Assembly: GCA_041746655.1 (NCBI GenBank)
Contig: JBGTGR010000003.1
Span: 36,275-100,274 of the forward strand
Reading direction: 5' to 3'
Length of the DNA: 64,000 bases
Source: Elainellales cyanobacterium
Lineage (GTDB): Bacteria; Cyanobacteriota; Cyanobacteriia; Elainellales; Elainellaceae
Every line of letters starts with the position of its first letter. The first letter of the stretch is position 1. This document shows positions 44,678 through 55,267 of this stretch, piece by piece. A program made the position numbers and the translations under genes. The notes beneath the pieces were generated by a model that was given only the letters and a program-made list of their open reading frames with translations, was not told where the DNA came from and made no database searches.

Positions 44678-45496
44678 CTAAGGCCATAAGCCAGTGCCAT
44701 GCATAAACCGCTTCATTAAATATTTCGGAGTCGTTTCTAAGTGATTTGGAAGCTTCTCGGTGCTGATGGTGTAGTATCCAGTTTGCTCATCAAAATGTAA
44801 ATCTTGAGGATCAACAAGTTTTTTCCTCCAATCATCATCAACAGCATGTGCCCAACCAGGAAAGCCTCTATCCCTATTGCTACGACGCGTATCTAATCTT
44901 CTTTGAATCTGTTCTGGAGTTCTATATTTGTAATGTTGATACAAGATACGCTCAGGATTTGTAATACCCATATGTTTAGGCCAAGAGCCAGTATCCCAAG
45001 TCAAGCGCTCTCGGTGTCTAAAAAATCTTGGCTCAGAGTTTTCAGCTTTATAGTATCTAAGCTGTGGAAGGAGCTTTTCCATTGGCAAGCTAAAATCTAG
45101 AGAGCTAGCATCTTCAAAACTGATATAGTACTCAACAGAAACTCCCCAAACTACATGAATATGTTTTCTAACCTGGCTTAGGAATTTTTTTGGGGATTGG
45201 ACATAAAACTCATCAGAATCTAGATGACACCACCAGTCTCCAGGTTGGGCCATATGCTTGAAAGCAGAAAAAACCTCTCCTCGTAGGGATTCTTGGAAGA
45301 CTTTCCCGTCTTGCTTCCAAGGAATAATCTTTTCACTTTGCATAGACAGAACCTTTTCCCAAGTTCCATCCGTGCTCTCACCATCATAAACATAGATATA
45401 GTCTGACCACTTTGAAGCTTCACTCAAGCAATAACCAATAATATCTGCTTCATTTTTAACTACGCAAATCGAGTGAATTTTGAAGTCTTGTGTCAT
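44678..45496 (-). CDS. Glycosyltransferase family 2-like (Glyco_tranf_2_4-like)
   Basis: ICVVKNEADIIGYCL ... VYDGESTDGT ... LDSDEF. AT-rich gene. Confidence 0.55.
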   Translation of the reverse strand: MTQDFKIHSICVVKNEADIIGYCLSEASKWSDYIYVYDGESTDGTWEKVLSMQSEKIIPWKQDGKVFQESLRGEVFSAFKHMAQPGDWWCHLDSDEFYVQSPKKFLSQVRKHIHVVWGVSVEYYISFEDASSLDFSLPMEKLLPQLRYYKAENSEPRFFRHRERLTWDTGSWPKHMGITNPERILYQHYKYRTPEQIQRRLDTRRSNRDRGFPGWAHAVDDDWRKKLVDPQDLHFDEQTGYYTISTEKLPNHLETTPKYLMKRFMHGTGLWP

Positions 45497-45552
45497 GATT
45501 CTCGTTGGCTAGCATAAACTAAATTTTTCTCTCAACTGACTTAGATAATAAT

Positions 45553-46416
45553 TTAATTATCAAAGAGACCATTTTCTATATCTTTTTTGAACTGCTCCAT
45601 TTTCTCTTCTAGAGCATCTAATTTTCTTTCTAAAACCTGATCTTTGCTCAGCTGAGGTTCATTGTTTTTTAGAAGTCTCTTCAAGAAAAGAGCCATAATC
45701 TCTATCTCAACTCGTTTGTACTTTGGGAAAGACTTACTAAATCGAGAGAAGCGATATAATCTCTTAGGCTCATACTCTAGTTCTAGTGACATGCAGAAGT
45801 CTGTCCACTTTAAGTCAGGAATTCCAGCATTAGACTTAAATGAGATCCAAGGTACCCGCAAAGCGTCAGCTACGATAGCACCGTGCATTGCAGCTGTAAG
45901 TATTAATTTAGAAGAATTAATCTCTTTAAGAACTTGCTCTACTGGCCATCTAGGATCTATACAAAAAAATCCTAGTTTTTGGCATAGCTCTTGAAAGACC
46001 TCAGGTGAACTGTTCATTTCCCAAGCATAGGGAATCAGGCTAATACTATGTCTTTTCCCACAATCTTCAGGGCGATATAAGCGATTTACCCAAATTGCTG
46101 GATCTGCAATTCCAAGTTCTGGAGAAAGACTAAGTGCGTTTGTAGTTAAAGGCCCTCGAACACAGTAAATCTTCCAAGTCTCATCCATCTGAGGTGGATC
46201 ACCAAAACCATAGCCAGTACCAAAAATAATAGTTTTCTTGAATTTGGGTAGCTTATGGTTTAATAAAGTCCCAAATCCAACGAAAACTGAACTTGGGTTC
46301 TCTTCCTCTTGAAAAAAACCAGGTAGTAGCCGATCCCAAATCCAAGGGTTTAGGTCATCTCCAAAATTCCCAAAAGGAACGTAGCTGCGAGTCTTGTTAG
46401 CAAAATATAGTTTCAT
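45553..46416 (-). CDS. Polysaccharide pyruvyl transferase (ExoV-like)
   Basis: MKLYFANKTRSYVPFGNFGDDLNPWIWDRLLPG resembles the ExoV/pyruvyl-transferase N-terminus. Start taken at the ATG at 46416, which avoids overlap with the upstream GT2. Confidence 0.6.
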   Translation of the reverse strand: MKLYFANKTRSYVPFGNFGDDLNPWIWDRLLPGFFQEEENPSSVFVGFGTLLNHKLPKFKKTIIFGTGYGFGDPPQMDETWKIYCVRGPLTTNALSLSPELGIADPAIWVNRLYRPEDCGKRHSISLIPYAWEMNSSPEVFQELCQKLGFFCIDPRWPVEQVLKEINSSKLILTAAMHGAIVADALRVPWISFKSNAGIPDLKWTDFCMSLELEYEPKRLYRFSRFSKSFPKYKRVEIEIMALFLKRLLKNNEPQLSKDQVLERKLDALEEKMEQFKKDIENGLFDN

Positions 46417-46423
46417 GCACCGT

Positions 46424-47398
46424 TTAAGTATTACTAGTTCGTAAGTATGATTTTGTTGCAGAAATAAATCGTTTGAGTTTGGCAGTGCTCTCAGCGATAG
46501 AGAAGCCAAAGAACTGATATGCTAATTGATATGTTTTAGGTGCTGCTGCTCCACTGGGGATGAAATGGCGATCGCTCTCTCGAATTTGATCAATCACGTT
46601 ATTAGCCCATTGAGGATTGGATAACCAAATCATTCGAGCACATTCAAACCTAGCTTGATTGATGGCATTGAGCCTAGCCTGGGTCAACATGTTTTGTTGA
46701 CGAAGATACTGTTCTAGCCTGGACTTGATTTGCAAGCGCTGTTGATGGGTCTGTCGCTTATCTCTTTTGCAGAGCGTAGTTTCGCTCCACTGCCGATAAA
46801 CTGAGCCAGCATCACTACAATATTCAAACTGTTTGCCAGCTATCAGGAGACGCAGGTAAAGTTCATGCTCCTGACAGCAGGGCTGATCTATTTTCCATCC
46901 ACCGACATCGACGATCGCCTGTTTTCGCCAGAGGGGGCTACCTGTTTGAGGTAAAAACCAACGAGCTAATAAGATCCAGGGGTCGTGAGGTTCAGGGATG
47001 GGTAAGAGTTCTTGCCAGGTGCGATCGCCCTGATGATATTCCAGAACGCTGGGACTGTAGACTACATCAGCATGAGGGACATGAGCGAGAAACTGAACCT
47101 GCTGCTTGATCTTGTCAGGGAAGAGATAGTCGTCTGCATCCAAGTATTGCAACCACTCGCCAGTGCTAAGTTTGAGTAAGCGATCTCGGGCTGCGTTACC
47201 CCCTTTATTTGGGCCAGTTTCCCAATGGATGCGATCGCCAAAGCTTTTGATGATGTCGAGGCTGCGATCGCTCGACCCATCATTAACTACAATCACTTCC
47301 TTATTGGAATACGTCTGATTCAGCGCACTCTCAATTGCTTGAGCGATCCATTGCTCAGCGTTATAGCAGGGAACGAGGATACTGACATTATTTTGCAT
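46424..47398 (-). CDS. Glycosyltransferase family 2
   Basis: VSILVPCYNAEQWIAQAIESALNQTY ... VVNDGSSDRS ... LDADD. Confidence 0.85.
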   Translation of the reverse strand: MQNNVSILVPCYNAEQWIAQAIESALNQTYSNKEVIVVNDGSSDRSLDIIKSFGDRIHWETGPNKGGNAARDRLLKLSTGEWLQYLDADDYLFPDKIKQQVQFLAHVPHADVVYSPSVLEYHQGDRTWQELLPIPEPHDPWILLARWFLPQTGSPLWRKQAIVDVGGWKIDQPCCQEHELYLRLLIAGKQFEYCSDAGSVYRQWSETTLCKRDKRQTHQQRLQIKSRLEQYLRQQNMLTQARLNAINQARFECARMIWLSNPQWANNVIDQIRESDRHFIPSGAAAPKTYQLAYQFFGFSIAESTAKLKRFISATKSYLRTSNT

Positions 47399-47444
47399 CG
47401 AAGTAGAGTTTACAAATTCTTACAAAGACAAAACCCATAGCTGC

Positions 47445-48158
47445 TCAGGCTCCTTTTTGTATCCCTATATCTCTATACAAATAATCTCGGTGAGACAATT
47501 GTTCGCAAAATATATATCGATGAGATTCAAGAAAATCCATTATCAAAGAATTTTGTAGCGTGTCACGACACTCAATCAGTATAAATTTAGGTCTGAACTT
47601 TTCCAGGTTTAACCCCCTTAAAACCTCTAATTCTAGTCCCTCAATATCTAAAGACATAAAATCAAACTGATCAAAGCCTGATTGCTCTATTACAGATGTA
47701 AGTGATCTAGCTTCAACAGTTAGCTTTTCAAAACTGTGGAATTTCTTGATTTTATCAAGTTGAATTTCTTTTTCCTCAGGTGTCTGATATCTGCTGTCAA
47801 CAAATGACATCAAACCACCACAAACAAGCTCGATTGTTGGATAAGGATAATCAGACGGAACCAGCGCACAATTATAGACCTTAGAACGTCGTCTAATTTT
47901 CTTGCAGGCTTGATACTCGAAAGGTAGAGGCTCGACTAAAATGCCCTTCCATTTCTTAATTTTCTCAAGATAGTAGGTGTTACTTTTCGTGAAGCCATTG
48001 TTGGCTCCAGCCTCGACAAAAACACCAACCCTTGGTAAATACTTCTCTAGCTTTATGTCAATTTGATCATAGGCAGGCATAGAATATGAACTGATTCCCA
48101 AGAATTCACAAATGACCCTGCGCCAGCCAAGAAGTTTGAAATGTATTTTTTTTAACAT
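47445..48158 (-). CDS. FkbM-family methyltransferase
   Basis: FVEAGANNGFTKSNTYYLE motif. AT-rich gene. Confidence 0.65.
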   Translation of the reverse strand: MLKKIHFKLLGWRRVICEFLGISSYSMPAYDQIDIKLEKYLPRVGVFVEAGANNGFTKSNTYYLEKIKKWKGILVEPLPFEYQACKKIRRRSKVYNCALVPSDYPYPTIELVCGGLMSFVDSRYQTPEEKEIQLDKIKKFHSFEKLTVEARSLTSVIEQSGFDQFDFMSLDIEGLELEVLRGLNLEKFRPKFILIECRDTLQNSLIMDFLESHRYIFCEQLSHRDYLYRDIGIQKGA

Positions 48159-48215
48159 AATGCCTCTATAAGCGTATAGCTTGACTAGCTATTTAGATGT
48201 AGATACTCTTTCAAC

Positions 48216-48956
48216 TCAGTTGGGAGCCTTATTCGCATGAGGAAATGAGATCTCAGGTACAGGGTGCCCTAGAAAGTTGCAGATTTCTTTCCATCCATCA
48301 CCGTTTTCCCAACAAACCATTAATAGCTTTTGAGGTTTATCCGCAAAGTATCTAATTACTGACTGATAATGATCTAGATAAAATTGAATATGTTCTGCTT
48401 TATAGCCATGCGGAGTCTCATATCCGTATGCCAACCGTTTCTCTAAGTTTTCCCCACCCCTATCAAAGTGTTTGCATAAACTCTGATACCAAATCTCAGG
48501 ACTTTTCCTAGTTGTTAAAATAAAAAGACTATCTGGATATCTTCTGTCTATTTCTTGATATAAGAACGGCCAAGGAAAATCCTCACAGCTGTCTTTATTC
48601 TTAAGAACATCTAAAACTTGACTACGATCATCTTTGTATCTTAAAAAGATTGATGACTTATACCATTGATGAGAATAGCCAAGATATTTTAAACTCAAGG
48701 CTAGTGAAGTTGTTCCTGTCTTACCTAGGCCGACTCCTACTACTTTTCTCTGATAATTTTTGGAGAATCTTATTCCTACAACTTTCTCAAAGCCTTGCCC
48801 TTTAGCACCCCATCCTAATACTTCACATACTCCTGACTTATGAATTTTGGGTAAAATGCTACAATTAGCTTTTGCAACCTGAAAAGATCCAAATCCAATC
48901 CTATCTTTTACAAATGTATTAATCGTAGCCATACGTAAATATATCCTTTGGTTCAA
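48216..48956 (-). CDS. Sulfotransferase family protein
   Basis: PAPS 5'-phosphosulfate-binding-loop-like VGVGLGKTGTTSL. 4-nt start/stop overlap with the upstream GT2. Confidence 0.6.
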   Translation of the reverse strand: MNQRIYLRMATINTFVKDRIGFGSFQVAKANCSILPKIHKSGVCEVLGWGAKGQGFEKVVGIRFSKNYQRKVVGVGLGKTGTTSLALSLKYLGYSHQWYKSSIFLRYKDDRSQVLDVLKNKDSCEDFPWPFLYQEIDRRYPDSLFILTTRKSPEIWYQSLCKHFDRGGENLEKRLAYGYETPHGYKAEHIQFYLDHYQSVIRYFADKPQKLLMVCWENGDGWKEICNFLGHPVPEISFPHANKAPN

Positions 48957-49978
48957 GAAGATGTTGTTTTGTTGGTTTTCTTACTGCTTCTAAAGGGAGA
49001 AAGGATGTTTCTACAAGCCTCCAAAGTTTGTTCTGCACCAATAAAACCAACGTGATGGTGCAACCAATTATGATAGTAAGGTTGGAGCTTGGGCGGTTCT
49101 ATTTCTGCTTGCTCCCATACTTTATAGGCTGTGAGCACATAGCCTATAAATCCCTGGCGATATGCAAACATCATGTGCTTATATAATCTTTCAAAAATGA
49201 ACCTCTTGGCTTCAGGATTATCCTTGGCTTGCTTCAAGAAATATTCTGCTGATTTTTGGTAGGAAATCAGTGCCCAAGGAATTTTTTTTGTCATTCGGTT
49301 CTGTGCTGCTAAAGAATAATATCCAATTCGCTTTAGAAGCAAAACAGTGTCATTATGAAATACCGCTTTAATATTTGGATAGTGTATTAGTATTCTTGCG
49401 TTCAAACTAGATTCATTCGCACCTCCTAGCCAGGGCTCAAATCCACCTACATGTAATACAATTTCTCGCTTAAGAAGAACCTCGTTTAAGGTAAAACCGT
49501 ATTCACTGGTTAACTTGAAGTATGAATCTTCAGTAACCTGATCTAATGCAGAAAAATTCTTTTCTTGAGAAACTTCAGCTTGAACTTTTTCTAGCTCTTC
49601 ATCCCAAAAAAGAAGGATCTTTCCAATTGTAATATCAGCGTTAAAATGGATTAAACTTTGAACCTGATACTGTATAGAGTAAGGGAGTAACAAATCATCA
49701 CTATCTAAAAACTTTATGTATTCACCATTTGTAAGCCCTAATCCGTTATTTCTTGCTATACAAGGCCCCTGGTTTACAGTATGAAATATTTTGACACGAT
49801 GATCGCGCTCAGCATAGCCTTTGGCAATTGAGAGGGTTGAATCTGTTGATCCATCATCTACAACGATAATTTCTAAGTTGCTGTAAGACTGATTGAGGCA
49901 GCTTTCAAGGGTAGCTGACAAATACTCTTCTCGGTTGAAACAGGGAATAACAATAGAAACAAGAGGTTGGCTTTCCAT
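48953..49978 (-). CDS. Glycosyltransferase family 2
   Basis: VSIVIPCFNREEYLSATLESCLNQSY ... VVDDGSTDST ... LDSDD. Confidence 0.85.
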   Translation of the reverse strand: MESQPLVSIVIPCFNREEYLSATLESCLNQSYSNLEIIVVDDGSTDSTLSIAKGYAERDHRVKIFHTVNQGPCIARNNGLGLTNGEYIKFLDSDDLLLPYSIQYQVQSLIHFNADITIGKILLFWDEELEKVQAEVSQEKNFSALDQVTEDSYFKLTSEYGFTLNEVLLKREIVLHVGGFEPWLGGANESSLNARILIHYPNIKAVFHNDTVLLLKRIGYYSLAAQNRMTKKIPWALISYQKSAEYFLKQAKDNPEAKRFIFERLYKHMMFAYRQGFIGYVLTAYKVWEQAEIEPPKLQPYYHNWLHHHVGFIGAEQTLEACRNILSPFRSSKKTNKTTSS

Positions 49979-49981
49979 ACT

Positions 49982-51073
49982 TCATTTCCTAATATATGTT
50001 GATGCTGTTTTGTCAGCAATCGCTTGCCAATTCAGGCGATCGCAAGTATTTTTCATCTTTTGACTCAGTTCATCAAGGTTTAGATAAGAACTTTCTCGAA
50101 GCATATAGGCTAATCCTTGCTGATCATCAAGCTCATAAAGTAATTCGTTGACCTGTGCTAGCGTTTCTATAATGCCTTTAAACCGAGGTGCAATGATAGG
50201 TTTTCCATAAGACATAGCTAACAATAAAGTTCCAGAAGTCAAAACTTTTTCAAATGGTAAAACAACGAGATCGGCTGCGCTGAAGTAAAGATGAACCTGA
50301 TCTTCTTCGATGAATTTAGGATGTAAAATGACTCCTTTACTATCTGTAGCAAGTCGGTCTAGCTTTTGTTGATAGATCTCATCACAGGCTTGCCCTGCAA
50401 TTAATAAGGTATGGTCCGCGAAAAGGTCTTGATTTTCTTTCCAAACTTGAAGTAGCCGTTCAATACCCTTGTAGGGGCGGAGCATCCCAAAGTTGAGGTA
50501 GATGAGGCCAGTTTGAGGAAGGCCCAAACGCCGACGAGCTTCTAGTTGATCGATTGCAGGTGGATAAATGCTGCGATAGTGGCCGTGGGGAATTATGGCA
50601 ATTTTAGAGCGATCGCCCCCATAGGTATCAGCTACATAATCCCGTGCATAAGCATGATGGACGATGAGCTGGTCGGCCAACTTTGTCATGACTCGATGTA
50701 GCCAAAGCTCCAATCGGGGAAATTGGGTATCGTGAGATAGCTGGTTATGCACCGTCCACACTACTCTTACGCCCGCCCCCTTCACCATCAGGACATCAAG
50801 CCAAAATTTCAACACATAGATTAGCCTGACCAGCCAAGACTCTCCTTTGATATAAGGTGTTAGCCAGTGCAAGTGCAGCACTTGATAAAACGATTGCTTC
50901 TCAGTGGCCATCCGAAACAAGGGAAGTACCCGTCGATAGCCCCACGGGAAAAAGACTCGAACATTTTGATGTTCTAAAGCTTCTGCCAATAGTGTCTGGT
51001 AAGGATTATCTTTTCGATAGTCCGGCATCATGAGGACGTGTAACCGGGGTTTTGGAACATCTCCAGCAACCAT
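49982..51073 (-). CDS. Glycosyltransferase family 4/1 (GT-B)
   Basis: The C-terminal region FEKVLTSGTLLLAMSYGKPIIAP and the overall GT-B layout. Confidence 0.65.
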   Translation of the reverse strand: MVAGDVPKPRLHVLMMPDYRKDNPYQTLLAEALEHQNVRVFFPWGYRRVLPLFRMATEKQSFYQVLHLHWLTPYIKGESWLVRLIYVLKFWLDVLMVKGAGVRVVWTVHNQLSHDTQFPRLELWLHRVMTKLADQLIVHHAYARDYVADTYGGDRSKIAIIPHGHYRSIYPPAIDQLEARRRLGLPQTGLIYLNFGMLRPYKGIERLLQVWKENQDLFADHTLLIAGQACDEIYQQKLDRLATDSKGVILHPKFIEEDQVHLYFSAADLVVLPFEKVLTSGTLLLAMSYGKPIIAPRFKGIIETLAQVNELLYELDDQQGLAYMLRESSYLNLDELSQKMKNTCDRLNWQAIADKTASTYIRK

Positions 51074-51076
51074 TTC

Positions 51077-52051
51077 CTATACCCTCGGTAGTGAAGTTTC
51101 AGAGGCATTGAATGAGGAAGATTCTAAATACTCAAGTTGTTGGAGTAAATAACCAGCTTCGGCGTAAATCTGGTTCAGTTCGTTTGTAGAGACCTCCTTT
51201 CTCCAGTTGCCAACTGAGTCTGATTTTGCTTGACTCATTGCCTTTGAAAATAGTCTACGAGAGTGGTCATTTGAGATTTTCAAGAAGTCCAGAATAGTTT
51301 GTCCTACTTCGTCAGGATTACTGACAAGCGCCTCATAGCGAATCTGTATGTACTGCTGACTAGCTAAAGCTTCAGCAGCTTGAAGTGCCTGCTCATTGAA
51401 AACTCTCCAGTTCCAGATACATCGATGGATATCACTAGTTGTTTCAAATTCTTCTCTACGATCTGGCTCTACCCAGAAACGGGCATAAGGGCCATAGAGA
51501 TAACCTCCGGGTTCTCTTCGTCCAGAGTTAGCTGTTGCAGCCTGAAGCCAAGGCTTTTTACTATGGGATAGAGCCGCATCTCTACCATCCCGAATAATAT
51601 GAATAAACTGTGCCTGTGGAAAAGCCTCTTTCAAGAAGGGAATAATGAGAGCATTGCGAGGTGTTTTTTCGGCAAATCTCAGGTGTCCATCAAAGTAGAC
51701 TTGTAATAACAGACCATAGAAAGAGCGATAAAATCGTTGAGACTGCTCGAAACTCCAATTCGACTCATAAATGTATCGTGCCGCTGCCTTAGTCGCGACA
51801 GGTTCATGATGATAAGAAACTTCAGGTAAGACTGATAGACAATCACCTAAAAAAGTTGTTCCTGATCGAGGGGAGCCAATTAAAAAAATAGGATTGTCAA
51901 GATTGGGCTTGAGTAAACTCTGAAATCGCTTCAGTGAAAGAGTTTGATAATTGGGCTTATAGTAATAGCGATCGGCTTTTAAGGTCTTTTGAATCCACCC
52001 AGGTAAACTTTGCCATGTAATGGGAGTCGGCTCCTTTGACTGCGGATTCAT
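51077..52051 (-). CDS. Sulfotransferase
   Basis: 5'-PSB loop FLIGSPRSGTTFLGDCL and 3'-PB motif IIRDGRDAALS. Confidence 0.75.
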   Translation of the reverse strand: MNPQSKEPTPITWQSLPGWIQKTLKADRYYYKPNYQTLSLKRFQSLLKPNLDNPIFLIGSPRSGTTFLGDCLSVLPEVSYHHEPVATKAAARYIYESNWSFEQSQRFYRSFYGLLLQVYFDGHLRFAEKTPRNALIIPFLKEAFPQAQFIHIIRDGRDAALSHSKKPWLQAATANSGRREPGGYLYGPYARFWVEPDRREEFETTSDIHRCIWNWRVFNEQALQAAEALASQQYIQIRYEALVSNPDEVGQTILDFLKISNDHSRRLFSKAMSQAKSDSVGNWRKEVSTNELNQIYAEAGYLLQQLEYLESSSFNASETSLPRV

Positions 52052-52096
52052 ATTTCTCTCCTCTAATAACTTCTAAGGGATGTAGCGCAAAAGCAA

Positions 52097-53011
52097 TTAA
52101 GACTGGGGATGATTCAACTTTTGTAAGAACTTATCTTTTACAAGATGTCGTACACCTTCTCGATACATCAGGTGTCGAATTCTACCGACATAGTGGCGGC
52201 AGGGAGACCCATTTAATCCTTCTTCTCGGCGGACATTGTAAGCATCCGGTAGCAACTCGACACCATAGCGAGAACTACAGAGGGCTAATAAGGTCTGCTC
52301 AATTCTCCAAAAGTAGCCAATGATATCAGGCAGTGCTAAAAATTCTTCTAGCCAATCTAGATTTAGAGAAGCTCGATGAATCAAGCCCAACCCTGAATTA
52401 AATCGAGGACAAAGTTCAAAACCACACTTTTCTTTTACAACTGCTGGCTCAACTGTATAAGCAGTGGCAACATCCTGATTCACTGAGTTTAGACAGTATT
52501 GAGGATCTTCTACACGCTTAAGTAGTTCAGTAGGTTCAGCAAAAAAAAGAATGTCACTATCTAAAAGCAACATGCGATCGCTCTTTAAATAAGCAGCAAA
52601 GTCAAATATTTTAGGCGAGAGTTGATTGGTCTTACGAAACTCTAGACAGCGAGGATAATCAGTTAGTCTAGGTAAAACTGTTTCATCAGCCAAGAACCGA
52701 TAAATCAATCGCGCATTAGGAAAATGATGTTTAAGAATGCTGCACTGCTCTGACGTCAATGATCCATCATCATGAATGCAAAGTGCATAAGAACGACGAG
52801 AATAGTGATAAAAAGACTTAAGTGCCCAAATCAGATTGAGATAATCAGCAGCAGAAGTCAGAACATGAACTTCACAAACTGAAGAGTCTATTGTGTTAAA
52901 AATTGGTAGAGAATTAAGAATTCGATTGCGAACTGTATCTCGATAGTGAGCTGTAACTAAACCATGTTTATACTTTTGATGAAATCTTAGTGCGAGAGAT
53001 CCAAATGACAT
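52097..53011 (-). CDS. Hypothetical protein, possibly a nucleotide-diphospho-sugar transferase
   Basis: 304 aa with a DxD-like LLLDSDILFF, inside the glycan cluster. No firm family assignment. Confidence 0.35.
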   Translation of the reverse strand: MSFGSLALRFHQKYKHGLVTAHYRDTVRNRILNSLPIFNTIDSSVCEVHVLTSAADYLNLIWALKSFYHYSRRSYALCIHDDGSLTSEQCSILKHHFPNARLIYRFLADETVLPRLTDYPRCLEFRKTNQLSPKIFDFAAYLKSDRMLLLDSDILFFAEPTELLKRVEDPQYCLNSVNQDVATAYTVEPAVVKEKCGFELCPRFNSGLGLIHRASLNLDWLEEFLALPDIIGYFWRIEQTLLALCSSRYGVELLPDAYNVRREEGLNGSPCRHYVGRIRHLMYREGVRHLVKDKFLQKLNHPQS

Positions 53012-53085
53012 AATGACTCAACTCCCAAAGCTTTCATTTAGTTGCTAACACTACTCATTGCTAATGAATTCAGAAGCTTAGTTGA

Positions 53086-54156
53086 TCAACGATAAAGCCA
53101 ACTGTTTATTCGCAGACGAAATTTTGGAACTAACAAAATTTTGGGATGACGAGCGATGACACTAATAGATCTAATCCAACGAATGACTTTAGGTTCACTT
53201 TTTTGAACAGATTGCTCAACTTGCTTTAGGAAAACAGCTTGATAAAGCCATCTTCCTTGAAGTATTAGGCGTTGCTGATCAGAAAGCTGTATGCTTCGGT
53301 TCCAAATGATAGGTTTTACAACAGTGAGGAGTTCATCCGCAACAAGTTGACTTTGCTTTGACTTCTGTTGAGCCGTGAATCTGAAGCAAGAAATCTCTGA
53401 ATGAATTGACTGAACTTGGCCACCCACTTGCAGAATGCGAGTCCAGTAGTCATAGTCCATGACGAAGTTTAAGTCTTCTTTAAACCCGCCAATCCTCTCT
53501 GTAATCCTGCGTGTCCAAAATACTTCAGGCTGCACAAATTGCCGCTTGCGCCACCAAACTCTCCACAAATCAATAATTTCTTCAAAGGTTGTGATATTGC
53601 CAAACTGCTCTCCAGTCTTGGAACCGACTGCATCGACATAACGACATTTCCCATGTAGCAGATCTGCGTTAGGAGACTGACGAGCCGCGATCGCCACCCG
53701 AGCAAACGCTCCTGGTAGATAGTAATCATCACTATTGAGATAAGCCAGAATTTCGCCTGTAGCCAGATTTAGCCCTTTGTTGATTGCATGAGTTTGGCCG
53801 CGATCGCTCTCACTCACCCAGTAAGCCAACCAAGGCTCATACTTTTGGATAATCTTAACTGCTTCATCCGTACTGCCTCCATCAATGATGATGTACTCCA
53901 AATTGGGATAGCCTTGCAGCAGGATCGATCGAATTGTCTCCTCAATAAATTCTCCTTGGTTGTAGCTTGGCGTCACAATGCTAATCTGAGGCCATTCAGA
54001 ACCATCTGGCATGGTTTCAGGTAACGGCTGGCTTTCCTCCGTCCAAGGCCAGCCTGTTCTACCAGATGGAGGTAAAGGTAAATCTTTGAGAGTTGGCACA
54101 GCACAAATCGGCATTGTAAGATGAATAATGGATAGGGCGATCGCACATAATGACAA
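53086..54156 (-). CDS. Glycosyltransferase family 2
   Basis: ISIVTPSYNQGEFIEETIRSILLQGYPNLEYIIIDGGSTD ... LNSDD. The start is uncertain. Confidence 0.8.
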   Translation of the reverse strand: MSLCAIALSIIHLTMPICAVPTLKDLPLPPSGRTGWPWTEESQPLPETMPDGSEWPQISIVTPSYNQGEFIEETIRSILLQGYPNLEYIIIDGGSTDEAVKIIQKYEPWLAYWVSESDRGQTHAINKGLNLATGEILAYLNSDDYYLPGAFARVAIAARQSPNADLLHGKCRYVDAVGSKTGEQFGNITTFEEIIDLWRVWWRKRQFVQPEVFWTRRITERIGGFKEDLNFVMDYDYWTRILQVGGQVQSIHSEISCFRFTAQQKSKQSQLVADELLTVVKPIIWNRSIQLSDQQRLILQGRWLYQAVFLKQVEQSVQKSEPKVIRWIRSISVIARHPKILLVPKFRLRINSWLYR

Positions 54157-54322
54157 TCATTCCAATGTGCTAAGAAGCGATTATCTTACTGTTACTTCTT
54201 TTTACAAAAATCACCTACGAAATCAGGAAAAAACAGAAAAAGTCCTAATAAAAACGTGCCTTAATAAACAACAGCTCAACAATCAGTAATTTCGTGCAAT
54301 CTTGAGAAGTGACTGATAGATT

Positions 54323-55267
54323 CTATCTCATCCATCTAGGTTGTTTTCCCTGTTGAAGTCTAGCCCTGACCTGCTCTGGTTTCTTGGTCGCTATTAAATT
54401 AAGATAGGGATAACGAGCGCGCAAAGCCTCCGGAACTAGACTTTTTGATTTAGGATCGTAAGTAAAGAGTTGATATCCCAACTTAATGAGCTGGTGATAG
54501 AGTGCTTCACAAGAAGAGTTTGCTGCTTTGCAGTTCTTCTCTGTAAATTCGACCTGTAACACAGGAGCATCTGGGCGGGAGAGAATCTCGGTAGCACCTG
54601 ATAGAACATAAGATTCCCAACCTTCCACATCAATTTTCATCATAGTGACGTGCCCCACTAGATTATTCTCCTGGGCAAACAAGCTCCATGTTGTAGCCTT
54701 AACTGTTTCCGTCGCAAAGTCGCTACCTGCAGTAGGTTTTCCTAATGAGTTCCAGGCATCAAACCCATCTAAAGATGTGGTCATGTTTAGATCAGAAACC
54801 TGATCGGAAAGCGCAAGTTGATAGCAATCAATGTGGGTAAAGCAATTGAGGTTAACATTTTCTAGTAAGCGCTGATAGGTTTGTCCAGAAGGTTCAAATG
54901 CATAAACTTTTCCAGTTTTACCTACTAACTTCGCGGCAATTAAACTAAACAATCCAATATTGGCACCAATATCAATATAAGTGTCTCCTGGTCGTAGAAA
55001 AGCATTTAAAAATTTTCGCTCTGAATACTCAAATCTTCCTCGATAGATCAGGCGGCAAAGATCACTATCTCGATACAGCCGCATTTTTACACCTGGCTGA
55101 ATTTGAAGATCCATTATTTTCTTATAGTCAGTCTGAGCATTCCACCATTCAATCCGCTTTGGTGTAATATAGCGACGCCATTTGAATTGGAGGCGATGCT
55201 GGACATGGTTTACCAAAGTTCCGTTGCGGAAGTGAGTAATACCGTGATTAAACTTGCTCAACATCAT
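54323..55267 (-). CDS. FkbM-family methyltransferase
   Basis: YIDIGANIGLFSLIAAKLVG motif. Start taken at the ATG at 55267; the track ORF extends to 55321 and overlaps wzt. Confidence 0.7.
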   Translation of the reverse strand: MMLSKFNHGITHFRNGTLVNHVQHRLQFKWRRYITPKRIEWWNAQTDYKKIMDLQIQPGVKMRLYRDSDLCRLIYRGRFEYSERKFLNAFLRPGDTYIDIGANIGLFSLIAAKLVGKTGKVYAFEPSGQTYQRLLENVNLNCFTHIDCYQLALSDQVSDLNMTTSLDGFDAWNSLGKPTAGSDFATETVKATTWSLFAQENNLVGHVTMMKIDVEGWESYVLSGATEILSRPDAPVLQVEFTEKNCKAANSSCEALYHQLIKLGYQLFTYDPKSKSLVPEALRARYPYLNLIATKKPEQVRARLQQGKQPRWMR